Positions 36,201 to 51,200 of a DNA stretch of 56,158 bases are shown here, piece after piece (the first letter of the stretch is position 1; the number at the start of each line of letters is the position of its first letter). Location of the stretch: NCBI GenBank assembly GCA_002633005.1, contig NMRA01000036.1, positions 1,042,911 through 1,099,068 of the forward strand, in the 5' to 3' direction. Below the pieces are notes generated by a model. That model did no database searches and was not told the DNA's origin. It was given only the letters and a program-made list of their open reading frames with translations. The translations under genes and the position numbers were made by a program. Origin of the DNA: Phoronis australis (taxonomy: Eukaryota; Animalia; Phoronida).

Positions 36201-39200
36201 CAGATATCCAAAGGAATCTTTCAAGCTTTTACCATCAACTTCCAGATTATAAAGCAAGTTTGCAGACGAGAAACCGATCAAAAATGAATTATTAACTGCA
36301 TTATTTTGAAAATTAATATTGTCCTGCCAAATTATGAATACACATTAGGCTAAGAAGGATACTAAACCTGGTTTTGACATGTGAACAGATAACAACTCTC
36401 CACTACGCTTTGTAACCCTCATCAATCCTCGACTGTGTGGAGTAAAATTTGAAAACTTCTTACAAAGTATGTTTCTAGGGATGCTTATAAATTTCATGTG
36501 AGACAAGAAGATACCAGTTTGAGAACAAGAGGTAGCTACAATAGTCATAATTGACAAAAAGTGTAGGTACTTCACTTCTTTAAGCTAACATCAAGAAAAA
36601 AACTGAAACAAATGAACAGTTTCCAACATTTATAACAAAAAACACGAAAAATGTTGTTGAAATGCTCCCAGCACTGCAATGCAAACAGCATTAAGGGGTG
36701 ATTATTACCCGGGGAGGTTCTCTTCAACAATGGGTAGGGGTGTGCCACTGAGATGACAAAATTCAGGCCAACGCAGTAACTCAATTGGCAGACGACAAAT
36801 TATCCAGTGCACATGAAACAATACCAAATGATGAATAACACTAGTCGAGGCAATACCAAGACTAAAATACCTGCCTGAGACAACTTAATGAATACATTTA
36901 AGTGTCAACACTTCTTAACTACGGTTTATGTTGATAAACAACAAGTCGCATGAAGCGCTATTTTCATGTCTGAGGCCCAAGAGCATAGCAGCGGCACAGC
37001 AGAAGTCACCTGCCGCGTAGGGAGAAAACTGCTTGTTATCAAATCGTCAGATTGGAAGATTGGACCATCCATGCTTCAAATGCCCCATCCAACTTCGCAT
37101 CTCCCACTTCCTTGCAAAAAATTCTTGAACAGGTATGATGATGTAACACAGAGTTCCTAATTAGTTTTCAGATGGAAAAGTGTCCTGAGTCATTCTCAGC
37201 TTTTGTGGGTGGGTTCATAGCTGGTTTCTCAAGGATTTATTTTCATGACAAACTTTTGGACAAAACTATTGATCCGAAGATTTCACTCATCTTACCCACA
37301 TGAGATAATACCTGAAAGACAGATACTTACCAGAGACAATACCTCAAGCCAAATTACCTACCCGAGACAATACCAGTCCGGGACAAAATACCCACCCAAG
37401 TTGGCGGCACATCCCTACTCATCCCATCTATGGGAGAACCCCCTGGAATTATTGGTACCATGTCAAATATAAAATAAAAAGTCCACAAGGGGTGTAACAT
37501 TAGTCAAATCCATCTAAAACAAGGGAAATGAAGCTATCTCCTTGACAGAAACATAGTTACTTAGCAAATCCTGTGAACATCACAGAACTTGGTAGATAAA
37601 ACCCTAATTCATACAAGATGAAAGACGGACAACCACCAACATACAACCCATAAAGGAGGCAACTAACTTACTGGTCTTCTGCTAGCACACTTTTCAATGA
37701 TGGAGAAGAACCTTGGCAAGCTTCCATTGTAGTGACCATCTTCATACAGTCTCTCAATGCACGACAGAACAGAGTGGAGGTTATTGGATAACTCGGTCTC
37801 CGCCACTGAACTATTCTGTTTAGAAAAAGAAAAAAATCAATCCTATGATTCAATTCAACAAATCAACTAGAAATTTTGTATGACGCTTTCATTTTATTTC
37901 ATTTTAATTAATATGCAGATATCATATACAACAGTTGCAGTTAATCAGGTTTTATAATTATAGATAGGCTCCAGAATCAGGCAACACTGGGTTTCTGGCT
38001 CAAAAAGAGGTTTCAGTAAAGCAAAAACTCGAATTACTTAACTGGAGGCCAATACCAGACAGCAGAAAACAGCACAAGCCATCATTATTCATAGTTACTT
38101 ACAAAGTTCTTCACAATATCAATAATCATTCCAATTTACTTCTCTTTAACAACTTCAGACGGACATAATTTCATGAAAATTTAAAACTATGCCTAAGTTT
38201 GCAATGCCTCATAATTTTTTCTAATTCATTTTGTAAACCTCCTCTCTTTCAGTGCATCCACCTGTGGAACGTTATTCCTTGTCGTCTAAAAATTGCACAA
38301 AGTTTTCAATCGCTTATACGTGCTGTCAAAAGATATCTGTTGTACGAACTTCATACATCCACACCAACTACTTGTTATTGTATAAAAACTACTATCAGAA
38401 GCAAAGAAACAATAATTTTCTTAATCAATTACGAGCCAGTCTATTCCTTAATTCTCAAAAATTTCAATTTAATTTTCAAGACGTATCAAATGTTTGTGAA
38501 GGTAGCTCCTTTAGTAGTGTCAATCATTTCTTCTCATTTAATAAATTAATGTCCTGTCAATTAAATGGACTGTGTCCATCTCTTCCATGCCCTCGATTCA
38601 AATATTGTTCACACCTTCATTTACCATTGTCACCTTAACTAGCAACCAACATGCTTCATTTTCACTTGATGGTTAGCATCAACTTAACTTAGATCAGAAT
38701 ATTTTTCTAATAAATATAGTATCCATTTTCAATTGTGAGCTGCTCGTTCAACACAGGCTTTCCGTGACTGATCAATAGGGATTCCAAAACATTTAGCCAA
38801 AATATGTCATTTTCAACTTAGCAAATGATGGTGTTGTCTACTATTTCTTGCCTAGTTATTTTTCAGCCATGTTGGTATATAAAATGATCTTGAATGGACC
38901 AAATGTTTACAGTATGTACCTTGTTTTATGCCATAAAACTATACAGAGGAAATGGAGTGCAGACTTCTAGCAAATCTTAGCCGTGATATTTATAGATGTG
39001 AGTTGGCACAAGATTTTACAGTTCTAGGGGAGTTGGAGTTCCTGTTGTCTTGTTTATAGTGGAGACTAATGAACTGATCGTGTACATATCCAGTCTTTAC
39101 AGGCATTTTTTGTGCAATCATAAATTAGTCTTAAGCAAGAAATTCTTTAAAGCAGAACTTGCTTTAGTCTGTGATTGCTCGGCCAAATTAGTTAGAAAAT

Positions 39201-42200
39201 AAACACAACATATAGCGACAATGTGAATATGAAGTAGGTTGAAAATTTCTAAATGTTTTTAAAAACAAGTTTTGTGGTGAAAATAATCCGCTGCAAATCA
39301 CTGAAGTATCCAGTAAGTATAGTGACATGGTGCGAGGGAATAACAATGCATGATGGGGCTATGTGACCCCATTATTAGTGCAAAGGTCACCTATTTGCAG
39401 ATCTTTTTGTTTTCACATTTACAAGTTGTCACTGAATACAACTGCACTTTGTTTAGCGTAGATTATGTTAAAATAGCATTGTTGTTATGCATGATCGTGC
39501 TATACAATAGCATAACTAGGAGCATGCAAATACATCTTTCAGCACAATTCTAACAAGACTAAAAATAACCTCTCAATATCATATCTTGTTCCTTACTATT
39601 AGTGTCCCCTACTACTGCCTCCTCACCATTCATCAAGAATCGGGATGAAATAAATTTTCCAAGAAAGCCAAATTTCAACGTTTTTCTCTACCAACCTCAA
39701 TCATGCATCCAATGGATTATCTTCAACCTGGATATTATTTTTTCTCACAATTCATGTGCAACAACTAAATTTTCAGAGCATCCAGTTTTTTTCAGAACTT
39801 TCAATTGTTTTTTCTTGGAACTAGATGTGAAAATCTTTATGCGATATATACAAATGGTTACAGCTGGAATATACACAAAGGATCTTGGAAAGTGAGGAAC
39901 TATGGACACAGGAATCACTTCAAGTTAGTGATTTAGGATTAGGTTTAGGGGTATGTATATGGTTAGCGTTAGGGTTACGTCAAACAATAAGATCACATCT
40001 GAGTTAGATTAGGTCAAAAGTTAGGGTTCCTGAACCCATACTTGCTTGCAAATTGGCACGAGTTCGTAACTCAACACACGAGGCCTACCTCAAGTTGTAG
40101 TACAATGCATTCGATAATATCCAAGATTTTGTCCCAGACGACAGCCTGCTGGTCCTTGCCATATTTTGTGACGAGTCGGTGAATAATAAGCATTTCCTCG
40201 TTGGACAACGCACTGGTGTTACACAGGAGGGCCTGGGTAAATGGATTTGTACAAGAGCTGTGAAATAGTACATCTATCAAAGGATAAAAATTTATCAGGC
40301 AGGTGAAATTTAAGAGCAAGTTTTCGGCAAGTTACTGTAAAAACTGATTAGCAACTTTTCTTCTTGGCTCATATCAACTAAGCTGATTGTCAGCACATGC
40401 AGGCCTTTTCACCTTAAATTAAATGTTTTTTAACAATTTTTCACACACTCATTCTTTAGACATTCAACTTACGTAATTGAAATGGTGGAAGTTACGTTAC
40501 CACATCAGGAGGCTCACATAAGGCGCGGTAACATTAAAGAATGACTGTGGTGAAACCTCACCAATTTTGAAGAAAATGTATGCAGTCAACATTGATTTTT
40601 TATTTTGCCAAGGCTTCTAACATTGTAATGAATGAACACAACTAGTTAAAATATTGTCTGATGGTAGCTATTGTAAAGAACTCAAGTGATAAAGCATTAT
40701 TAGTAGCCGCCATATTGTGCCCGAAATTGTACAGACTTTACCGTAATTTCACATACAAAACCCAGATGACATAGCCAGCTCTATCAAAACACAGGTTTAA
40801 TACACTGCACCTAAGGTTCTGGACTTTGTTGATAAAAGTTTCAGAAACACCCACCTCAAAGGTCCTGTTGGGGTAGTAAACAGACGAGCATTTTCCAACA
40901 TGGAATCATAAAATTCGAGAACGGACTAAAATTCAGGAAGATACGGTTGAACAGTAAAATATCGAAAATGTGCACAATGGCAATAGGTGAGCATACTTTT
41001 TCAAAGTGTGGTCGAAATCCAACAAGAAATGTAGAAGCAATAGCGTGCAGAAGATTACTTCTGTACGTGGATGCATGAAAACTAAGATCCTAGTCATGAC
41101 ATTACACACCCCATTCCAACACAACAGTAGTTTGAGAATGGCTATCGACAAGAACAGACAAAAAACGTTTACGGGTATGTTGAATTTTTGTCTGCGGGAC
41201 AAAATTCATTCTGTCAGACAGTGCACCTGCCAGATGGATGAAATTATTTTTGCATCTTTACTTCTTGCTAAAAAGATTACCTCTTTAAATGCTGGTAAGA
41301 CTGACGCAGTTGTATGCTTAAGTGATGGGACTCTTTTAGATCCCCACAAAGCCATGCCAATAAAGAAGACTCCACCTCTTAGTAAGGCTGGATCTGATTG
41401 GTTCTGACTGTAAATGAACATGAAAAGGTTAATTATACTGAGGCATGTGAGACAACAACAGAATACGATGGCTTAATTGAGATTTATTATTAAGACTATG
41501 AAATGCACTGATATATTAACTGGTAATAAAAAGATAGAACACGCACCTTTATTTTTTATAATTTAATACAAATCACCAGTGTTCACTTAAACAACACCTG
41601 GTAACGTGGTATACAGATTAGACTTGAGGGACTCACACACCTGCGGAAATGGATATAGACAGTGCGTTCTAATAACAAAAATTCAAAATCTCCAGTATAC
41701 TGTGGAGAATCAACTCTTGAGTTTTGAGTGGTAGTCTCCTCAACTCTAGTAAGCTCAACAAAATTTGGCACAAAACGTAATGGGCTCAAGAAGGTCATGG
41801 GTCACATGAGTCACTCTGTAACTAATTTTTATTTCAATTTCCACTTATCGCTTTCATTTTCCACTCCCGTTGCCAATTGAAATATGTCTGTATTTGATCT
41901 TTGGGCTTCACCCTCAACTGACGAAGAGCTTTAAAAGTTTGAACGCTACAGACTTTTGTCTTTCTTTAATTTTAGAGAGTGAAGGTGTCGAGTATTAAAC
42001 TTGTTGTCAATTTGCCATCTAGAGCCTCAAAAAATTATATTTTCATGCAATAGTGACGTTAATTACTATTTCCTCAGTAAATAATGCATACAGATGAACA
42101 ACAGTGCTGTAGACCAAACTGGGGAGCCTACTCCATATTCCTTTTAAAATCCAAGGAGCCATTTTCAAGAACTCACGGCAAGTTCCTAAGTTCAAATTAA

Positions 42201-45200
42201 GTCGAATTGCCAAAGTCAAGAACAAGAGCAACGCGGAGCGTTGAAATGCACCCACGAATGCATTGCAAATGGTGTGCTTTTAGGGTTATTTATTTGTATC
42301 ATAAAAATGACCACTAGATGCCGCAAAAACATACAATCTATCCAAAAACAGGAACATGCCATATTTCATAAAAATTTGTCAAGGAACTTCAGAGAAACAA
42401 AGGAAAACAGAATAAAATGAAATTGCCACTAGTGGGCACAGTGTCCGTTGGATCCGCCTGAAAGTCGTCGTCTGTTGTTATCTTCATGTAAATACACTTA
42501 CTAAATTTAGTAAAGATCCTGCAGTGGCTTTAAGAGGTTACTGTGGGTGCAAAACAAAACTACCACTAGGCTGCGCCACAGTAGTCAGTCACCATCATCA
42601 AAGGTCGTCTTCACATTGAGAACATATATGCTAATTTTGGTTGATACAGGGGTGGACACCAAAAACAAGATTTGAAAACAGCAAAAATGGCCACATAGGT
42701 GGTCGAAAGTTTCAGCAGACTATCTCTTTTATCATAAATTGTCTGATGACCTTACAGTTATTTTCCCATGCAATGTTTAACTGATCATAGCAAAGTAATG
42801 TAAGTGGCCTAGCAAAAGGCCCCCTTTCTCGTTTAGAACAGCGTTCAGTTCTACTGACTGACACAATCTGTGGCAGTCAGAGTTTGCACGATGTAAGTAA
42901 TGCGCATATGAAAAATACAAGCCATTTTCTCGCCTACTTAACTCTCTTTACAACAGTATTGTATGCAGGACCAGAAGACCAATATTTGACGTTAAAAAGT
43001 CTTGAAGGTAATCGTGGATTTGCCATAATTATAGCTCCAGACTATATTAGGCTCAAACAGCTGACTATTTATATGGGAAAGGAACAACATGAGACCACTT
43101 TTATAACCATGGTGAGTGGTCTAAATTTAAGTCGCATCTTTTGGGCAGAAGGCAGGTTCATGGCAGCTTGAATACAACAAAACAACATCTCATAATTAAA
43201 TTCACCTCTTCAAAAGCAGCGCCGAGCACTGAAATGCACCCATGACTTAAACGCAAACGGTGTGCTCCTAATGGTGTTTTTAGTACTATAAAAATGGCCA
43301 TTAGATGGCGTCCAAAATTGGGAAAGCATTGCGTGTCTCGACTGTCATACTGACCTTGAAACCCCTAACACCTGGCAGGGTCTTGCCCAGCTTTTTATAG
43401 GCTACGGAATAAGCTACTGGATGGCAATGTTACATGCCTACAACATACAGATCATTTCTACAAATGGAAGTCTGTCATTTTTTTAAAGAAGACAGGCAGA
43501 CTTGAATTTTTTTTTCACCAAGAACCTGTTGAACGATAACAGGATACTCGAGTTATAGCTCAGGTGTTTTGTGTAATGGGCCCAACCATGAGGCCTGCAC
43601 ATGTCTGATGTATCGCAAAAGACATCAGACCACCTGCACCCTTTTTTAATCAAGAGCTTTAGCTACAGTGGAAAAAATGCAAAATCACCACTACCGGACA
43701 CCACAGGTGATCGTCCAAAATCAATGTCAGTCAAGGTTTTCTCATTAGGAACATAACTGCTATGATTCCTAATAACTCTTGGAGCAGTTTGGCAGATAGA
43801 CCCAGATGCTAAAAATGAATTCAAAATCATAAAAAGGCCACTAGGTGGTGGAAAATACACTGAATTTGTCCAATAATGGAAGGGCATAGTTATCGTCTTA
43901 ATAGAAACCCAATTTGCCAAATTTCCAAAAAAAAACATCGCCGAACTCCAAAGATACAGAAGCAAAGTTAACTTAAACAACCAAAACTGCCGCTGGGGGG
44001 CACACCTGTAGCCAAACTGGTCAGAAATTTGTTGTCATCTGTTATCATCTCCATGGGAGTATATCAGCCACATTTCATAGAGATCCTCCAAGTAGTTAAG
44101 GAGTTAAATAATGTGGACCCTAACCCGGATCCTTTAGGCTGTTTGGCGGATAGGAATTGCCAGCAGATGGCACAAAAATACATGAAATCTGTCGTAAAAA
44201 AACTAAAATTGCTACTAGGGAGCATACCAGTAGTCTAATTGGTGCAAAACTTGTCGTCGTCTGTCGTCAGCTTTACAGGAACATATCTGACAAACCTCAT
44301 TATGATCCTGCAAGACGTTTAGGAGATACAGCCGTTGAGGCTGGCCACCAACATGCACCCACATATATATGTGTGGGTGTATACAACAATCAGAAGTTGG
44401 AATTCATAATGTGAGAATAATGATGAAAATGTTTTGACAACCATACTTGAAATGAATGTACTATGTCATTTCAATACAGGAACACAATGTGTACTTTTTT
44501 TTTTTTTTTTATTTTCCCAGTTCAACATAAGTAAGGACAAAGGTCTGGGATTCCCTTGCCTTACTTTACAATTCAATGAAAATAAAGTTTACTAAGTTAA
44601 AAATATACGTGAACCGGATTTTGAAATAGATTTAACAAAAGAAAACAAAAACATACAAGACAATATAGTAGTATATGGCTCTGAAAAAAAGGAGGGGGGA
44701 GAGTATTTAACACAATGTGTACTTACTTGTTCTGTAGAATAGTAAGTATTGTGTAAACAGCAGAATGTCCCAGGTGAGTACCAAGTAGCATACGCATCAG
44801 CTGGAAAGAAGACACAGGGATACGCAAAATAAGATTTAATCTTTGGTTAGTATTGCATATAATTTGGCAATCGTTGGGAGTCAGAAAGTTTGCTTCACCC
44901 AGGAGATATTTTACGCAATTAAATAATAGTCTATGTACCAACTAGTGCTACCATCTAGTGTTCGAACTCGGAACCAGTCATCTATCTTTCTGTGCATAAA
45001 ATGACTTGTCATATTATAGAATATGATTCACATATAACAAACACATTACAATCAACCACTCACCAATACAGAGGTTGAAGTTCATTAACTTTCCTACTTA
45101 GTGAATCAATTATTATTGTCGCACAAATGAATGCATTCAGGTTATGCGGAACTCAACCTACTGACAAGTAACAATTTAATAATTAAAGTTTTCTGAAATT

Positions 45201-48200
45201 GCGCCACCTTATGTTCTACAAATCCAGGTAATTCAATTGGAACTAGGAAATGCAGTCCTAAAAAACTCGACAAAAATAAAAAAAAAATAAAAATGCTACG
45301 GAACACAGAATATGTCGAATCCATCCCAGAATGAAACGGTGCCATAGAAACGTGCTTGCCAAATTTCAAGAACAATCGTTGAGGAACTCCGAAGACAGAG
45401 AGGCAAACGCAAAAACTAAAATTGTCACTAGAGCACAGGGCAGTAATCGGATCAGTCCGAAACTTGTCATGTGTACTCTGTTTCATAGGATTATCTTCAC
45501 CAGTGCTTGCTCACAATACTACCAATAACTTTCTGATTACATGTAACCAGAGGTCATGTTACAAGGGAGAATGCAAAAGTACCTTCCAAGTAGCGTGGGT
45601 GAACTTTTCCACATTGACAATCCTACAGAGAGCGCTGACCACATCATGCAGAGAGCACGCCGGTAGACACGAATAGGAAACGATAGTCTCCAGAGTCTTC
45701 AGACAAGACTGGATGTCACCCTCATTTTCAGGCCAGACCGGTTTACACAGGGTGCATATGTTGCTTTAATGAAGTGGACAACCATGTATTAACATTGAGG
45801 GAAACAATTTCTTTACCTCAAATTTTACATACCATAAAATTGAGTTAATCTTTAAAGCCACAACCTTTAAATTCATTGTTTCAGTTCATGTCTTGCTTGG
45901 TTCTAGAATATTCTAACTAGATCATATTACCTTGTTATACCATAAAAATATCTGTTGGTAATCATTTCTTTTACATTTTTATTGTTACAATTGTAATTGT
46001 TTATCTCCCTGCATATAATGTTATCAATTTGCAGGCAGTAATTGTATCACTTTTTGTTCAATTTCTTAAGATCAAATAAACAATTATTAAATAATCCTTG
46101 AATCCAGAGAATTTTATAAGTGGCAAAATTTACTTAATAAGCAAGGCTGATATCATTTTTATGCAACTGTAAAAAGGTACTAGCTGGAGCAAAAAGCTCC
46201 GATTTCTAGTTAATAACTGGTAGAAATCCACCTAAGGGACGTGCGTTTTGTGAACTTTCTGACCATCTGCACTATTGTCATACAAAGACCTTAAATTTGA
46301 ACATTAGAGCTGGTTAAGCAAATTAAAATTTTGATCCTCTTAAGTATACTTACTTCACAAGCCCAGCCACAACTACTGTGTCCAAGTAAGCAGCGTTTCT
46401 CTTGAAAACATTCATTAGCACATCAAGGAAATCAGTGACTTTACCACAAGAGGTGATTTGTGGCATCCATTCAAGTAGAAATTTACCTGAAAAAATGTGT
46501 CTGGTAAAAAAATTCCAAGATGACAAGTACAGCATTTTTACACAATCATATAAAAAGAAGAGGAATGCAGAGAATTGATAAGTGCCCACTGAGTGCATTG
46601 CGCGACAAACAAATAAGGGGTATTCATTTCTTCAAATATTCCCATGCACTGGATATAAACTTGACTCTATGCGCAAGTAATCCAAAAATTGGAGAGTGCA
46701 ATTCTGGTTAATATTTAGATTGCCACAATGAAATTTAAAATGGATAGTTCCAACATCTCAATCAACCTAGCACTACCAACCCATAAAGGCATGGGAAATG
46801 TTACTTCCAAAATGCTGAAAGGAATTTTTGACTTAGTTTGGTTTCTACGATTAATCAACTCACAAAGCGCAAGATATTTTTACAAAAAATAGCAGTCACA
46901 TTCATCTTTGGGACATTACGCAAAAACTGGGACTTCACATCAAAAATCCTAACACTTTTTTGAGGCTGATGAATAAATATCAGAACTCGTGTTCCTAAGT
47001 TCAAATTATGTGGATTCGCCGAAGCCGAAAAAAAAAGCCAATTACGTTGGGACACGTGAAAATTTCAAAGTCGTCGGTTAATAATTCAGTGAAAACCCGT
47101 TTTCGGTCAATATAACTTATACATGTCTTAACAGAGTTCACTATTTCAACATTCACTCAAAATGTCAAGTGAATTTGAAGACCATATTAAGTAACTTAAA
47201 TATCGCCAAAATGTTAATTCTGTTACCATCTCCAATTTAGGCAGGGGGATCAACTGTTGACCTACTTTTAAGTGCTACTCTTCTTCGTGCATCCAAACAT
47301 AGCCAATGAAAGTGATATTTTGGCAGCGACAGATTAACGTATCCTCTTGACGTATTACTAAAAAGCTAAAGAAAGTTTCTCAGCGCTGTTTTTGAAGTGA
47401 AAAATGGCGCTCACAGCTACTTCAAGATGTCATTTTACAGTAAACAAAATCAGTCAGAGATACCTGTTTCTTCTTCAAAGTTCAACAAGTCTTTACCATC
47501 ATCTGTCAGTGTCTTGAACACTTCTAACATTTCAGGTAAATCTTGTGTGATGTTGTGTTGTCGAACAACATTGAAGAAATGTTCTCTCATCAGTTCAAGA
47601 TGATCGTACTAAAAACACAAAACACTGTTATGAAACAAACTGTTCTTGACACGAACAAAACAATTCCAAGCTTTAATATGGTGCACCTCAAATACTAAGT
47701 GCCTAGGGAACGTGATTACTTTCACCTAACAAAATTAAACTTACGATGAAAATTCATAACTTATTTGGCCAAAAATAATTAACTGGTTCTGGTCTAGGCA
47801 GGACTCATTTTAACACCTATGCCTTATTGTAGAAACAAGAGCAAAGCAGAGCATTGAAATGCGCCCACGAATGCATTGCAAATGGTGTGCTTTTAGGGTT
47901 ATTTATCTGTACCATAAAAGTGGCCACTAGAGGCCGCAAAAACATACAATCCATCCAAAAACAGGAACATGCCATAGAAAACAGAATAAAATGAAATTGC
48001 CACTAGTGGGCACAGTGTCCGTTGGATCCGCCTGGAAGTCGTCGTCGTCGTCTGTTGTTATCTTCATATACACTTACTAAATTTAAGAAAGATCCCAGTG
48101 GGTTTAAGACATACAACTATGGGCGCAAAACAAAACTACCACTAGGAGGCACCACAGTAGTCAGTCACCATCATCAAAGGTCGTCTTCACACCGAAAACA

Positions 48201-51200
48201 TATATGCCAATTTTCAAATGATTTGGTTGATACGGGGGTGAAAGCCAAAAACAAGATTTGAAAACAGCAAAAATTGCCACTAGGTGGTGCAAAATACCTC
48301 GATTTCATCTAAAAACAGGAAGATAGCGTCATCACACCAATAGATGCCTATAAGCCAAATTTTATGAAAATTCGATGAGACCTTTGAAGATACAGACTGA
48401 GGTAAACGTGAAAAAAATAAAATTGCCACCAGGTGGCACACCAGTTGCCAGATCTGTCCGAAAGTTGTCGTCGTCTGTTGTTATAAAAACATACTTACTA
48501 AATTTCGTAAAGATCCTGCGAGCGGTTTAGGAGATACAGCCATAGGTGCAAAAGAACGCACCTCAGTAGTCGAAATCATCGGAAAATCAATGTCACCCGT
48601 AATCTTCATAGTAAGAATATACATGCCAATTTTCACAATCCTCCTTTGAGCGGTTTGGTTGATAGAGGGGTGGACTCGAAAACAGTAACAAGAGCAACGC
48701 AGAGCGTTGAAATGCGCCCACAATTGCACCGTATACGGTATCCTTCTAGGGTTGTTTATTGGTACCATAAAGTGGCCAGTAGAGGGCATATATGTAGTAT
48801 GTTGTACTTTGCAAAAATGGAAAGGCATGGTCATTGTCTCCTCAATAGGCTAGGTTTCAAAATGTGAGTGATCTTCATAATACAAGCGCATCCTATGCAT
48901 CAGTTGCTTAAAGCACACAGAAACATAGAATTAAAAACAAATTTACCAACATACGAGATTAGCACAGCATTAAAATGCCAGAAACAAATTTCTACTTGGA
49001 AATTTTCCTTCATAGTCACGAAGTAACACAAAGTATACACCTGAAGACCTATGAAAATACAGAGGTCAATGTGAAATATTTAAATTGCCACTAGAGGCAT
49101 ACCGGTAGTCAGAATCATCCTAAAGTCGTCATCGTCCGTTGTCTACATCACATAAATACACTTGTTAAATTTAGTAAAGATCCTGCAAACGGTTTGGGAG
49201 ATACAGCCATGGGCGCAAAAAAAAACTGCCACTAGGAGGCTCCACAGTAATCAAAGTCATGGGAAATTCAGCGTCAACCGTCCTCTTCATAGTAAGAACA
49301 TACATGCCAATTTTCACAATCATACTTAGAGCGGTTTGGTTGATAGAGGGGTGGACGCCAAAAACAGACTCAAAAACAGTAAAAATGGCCACTGGGTGTC
49401 ACAAACTAGGTCGAATCCATCCGAAAACGGGAGAATAGCGTCATCGCACTAATAGGTGCCTACATACCAAATTTCATGAAAATCCGTTAAGGACTTGTGA
49501 AGATACAGAGGTAAACGTAAAAAAATAAAATTGCCACTAGGGGGCACACTGGTAGGCGGATCCGTCCAAAAGTCGTCATCGTCTGTTGTTAACATCATAT
49601 AAATACACTTATTAAATTTCGTAAAGATCCTGCGAACGGTTTAGGAGATACAGCCATAGGCGCAAAAAAAAAAAAACTGCCACTAGGAGGCGCCACAGTA
49701 GTCGAAATCGTCGGAAAATCATCGTCAACCGTCCTCTACATAGTAAGCATATACATGCCAATTTTCACAATCATCCTTTGAGCGGTTTGGTTGATAGAGG
49801 GGTGGACGCACAAAAACAGACTCGAAAACAGTAAAAATGGCCACTAGGTGGCGCAAACTATGTCGAATCCATCTGAAAACGGGAGGATAGCGTCATCTCA
49901 CTAATAAGTGCCTACATACCAAATTTCATGAAAATCCGTTCAGGACTTTTGAAGATACAAAGGTAAGCGTAAAAAACTAAAATTGCCACTAGGGGGCACA
50001 CCGGTACTCGGATCTGTCCGAAAGTTCGCACATGCCGCCCCATTCATGAATGGAACATATGTGCCAAATTTCCTGAACATATGTCACAGGGTTTTGGAGA
50101 TAGAGCAGCGGACGCCGGACGCCGGACGGACGCCGCCCGTACGGACGGACGGACGGAGATGATGGCATAATGCGTCCACATATAAATACGTGGGCGCATA
50201 AAAACGGCGACTAGGTGGCGCAAACTACGTCAAATCCATCCGAAAAGGGGAGGATAGCGTCATCTCACTAATAGGTGCCTACATACCAAATTTCATGAAA
50301 ATCTGTTGACTTTTGAAGATACAAAGGTAAGCATAAAAAACTAAAATTGCCACTAGGGAGCACACCGGTAGTCGAATCCGTCCGAAAGTTCACTCATGCC
50401 GTCCCATTCATGAATGGAACGTATGTGCCAAAATTCAAAATGTCAAAGGGTTTTGGAGATAGAGCAGCGGATGTCGGACGCCGGATGTATGGACGCCGGA
50501 CGGACGGACGGAGATGACGGCATAAAAAGCAAACGCCCTCATCATTTTTAGCAACATTTTTTACAAAAGTTAGAAATTAATGTAGGATGATTTTTAATAA
50601 AGTGGCTTGGCAACCTCTTTGATGACACTGTTTACGAACAGGTTTCCCATGGCGTAGGGCGTCCATTTGAGTCATGGTCAGCTCTTCCTGTATAAGCGAC
50701 GAAAAAATCCGACAACACTTTCAGATCACATCAGGCCCACTGTCAAAAGGAATGATTTATTTTCACTTCCCCTGCTCGGCCAGCCTACCTCCCTGTTTGA
50801 GGAATTTTGGAAGTATATGTAATGTTATTGTTAAATATGTAATTGTAATGGCGGCCACCCGTGTTCTCCGCCATTTTTCATAGTGACAAGATTTTTCCTC
50901 TTAACCTATGTGGTCACGTGACTTTAGACTGTTATTTCACGAACAGCTCATAGGCAGTGCTCTTGCTGGTGGTCGGCTATTAACTAACCTTAAATCAAGG
51001 TTTTGTTTTTCAGGGCTCGATGCTTAGCACAACGTTAACTCGGCAAATGCAAAATTCCTTAGTCGCCAAATGGGAATTGAGGTAAGCAAACCTTGTTGGC
51101 ATGACATCAAAATGAAACAAACAAGATATCTGTGCAATGACTGAAATCAAAACTGCTCACCAGGACGGCCAAAATCAAGAACATGAAACTGGTGAAAGAA

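Noticed and set aside
39938-40030. Interstitial telomere
   Set aside because: Only scattered degenerate TTAGG(G) units with no tandem array, typical of small repeat interiors.
49040-50370. CRISPR-like array of regularly spaced motifs
   Set aside because: Eukaryotic intron, the spacers are themselves homologous subrepeats, and there are no cas genes.
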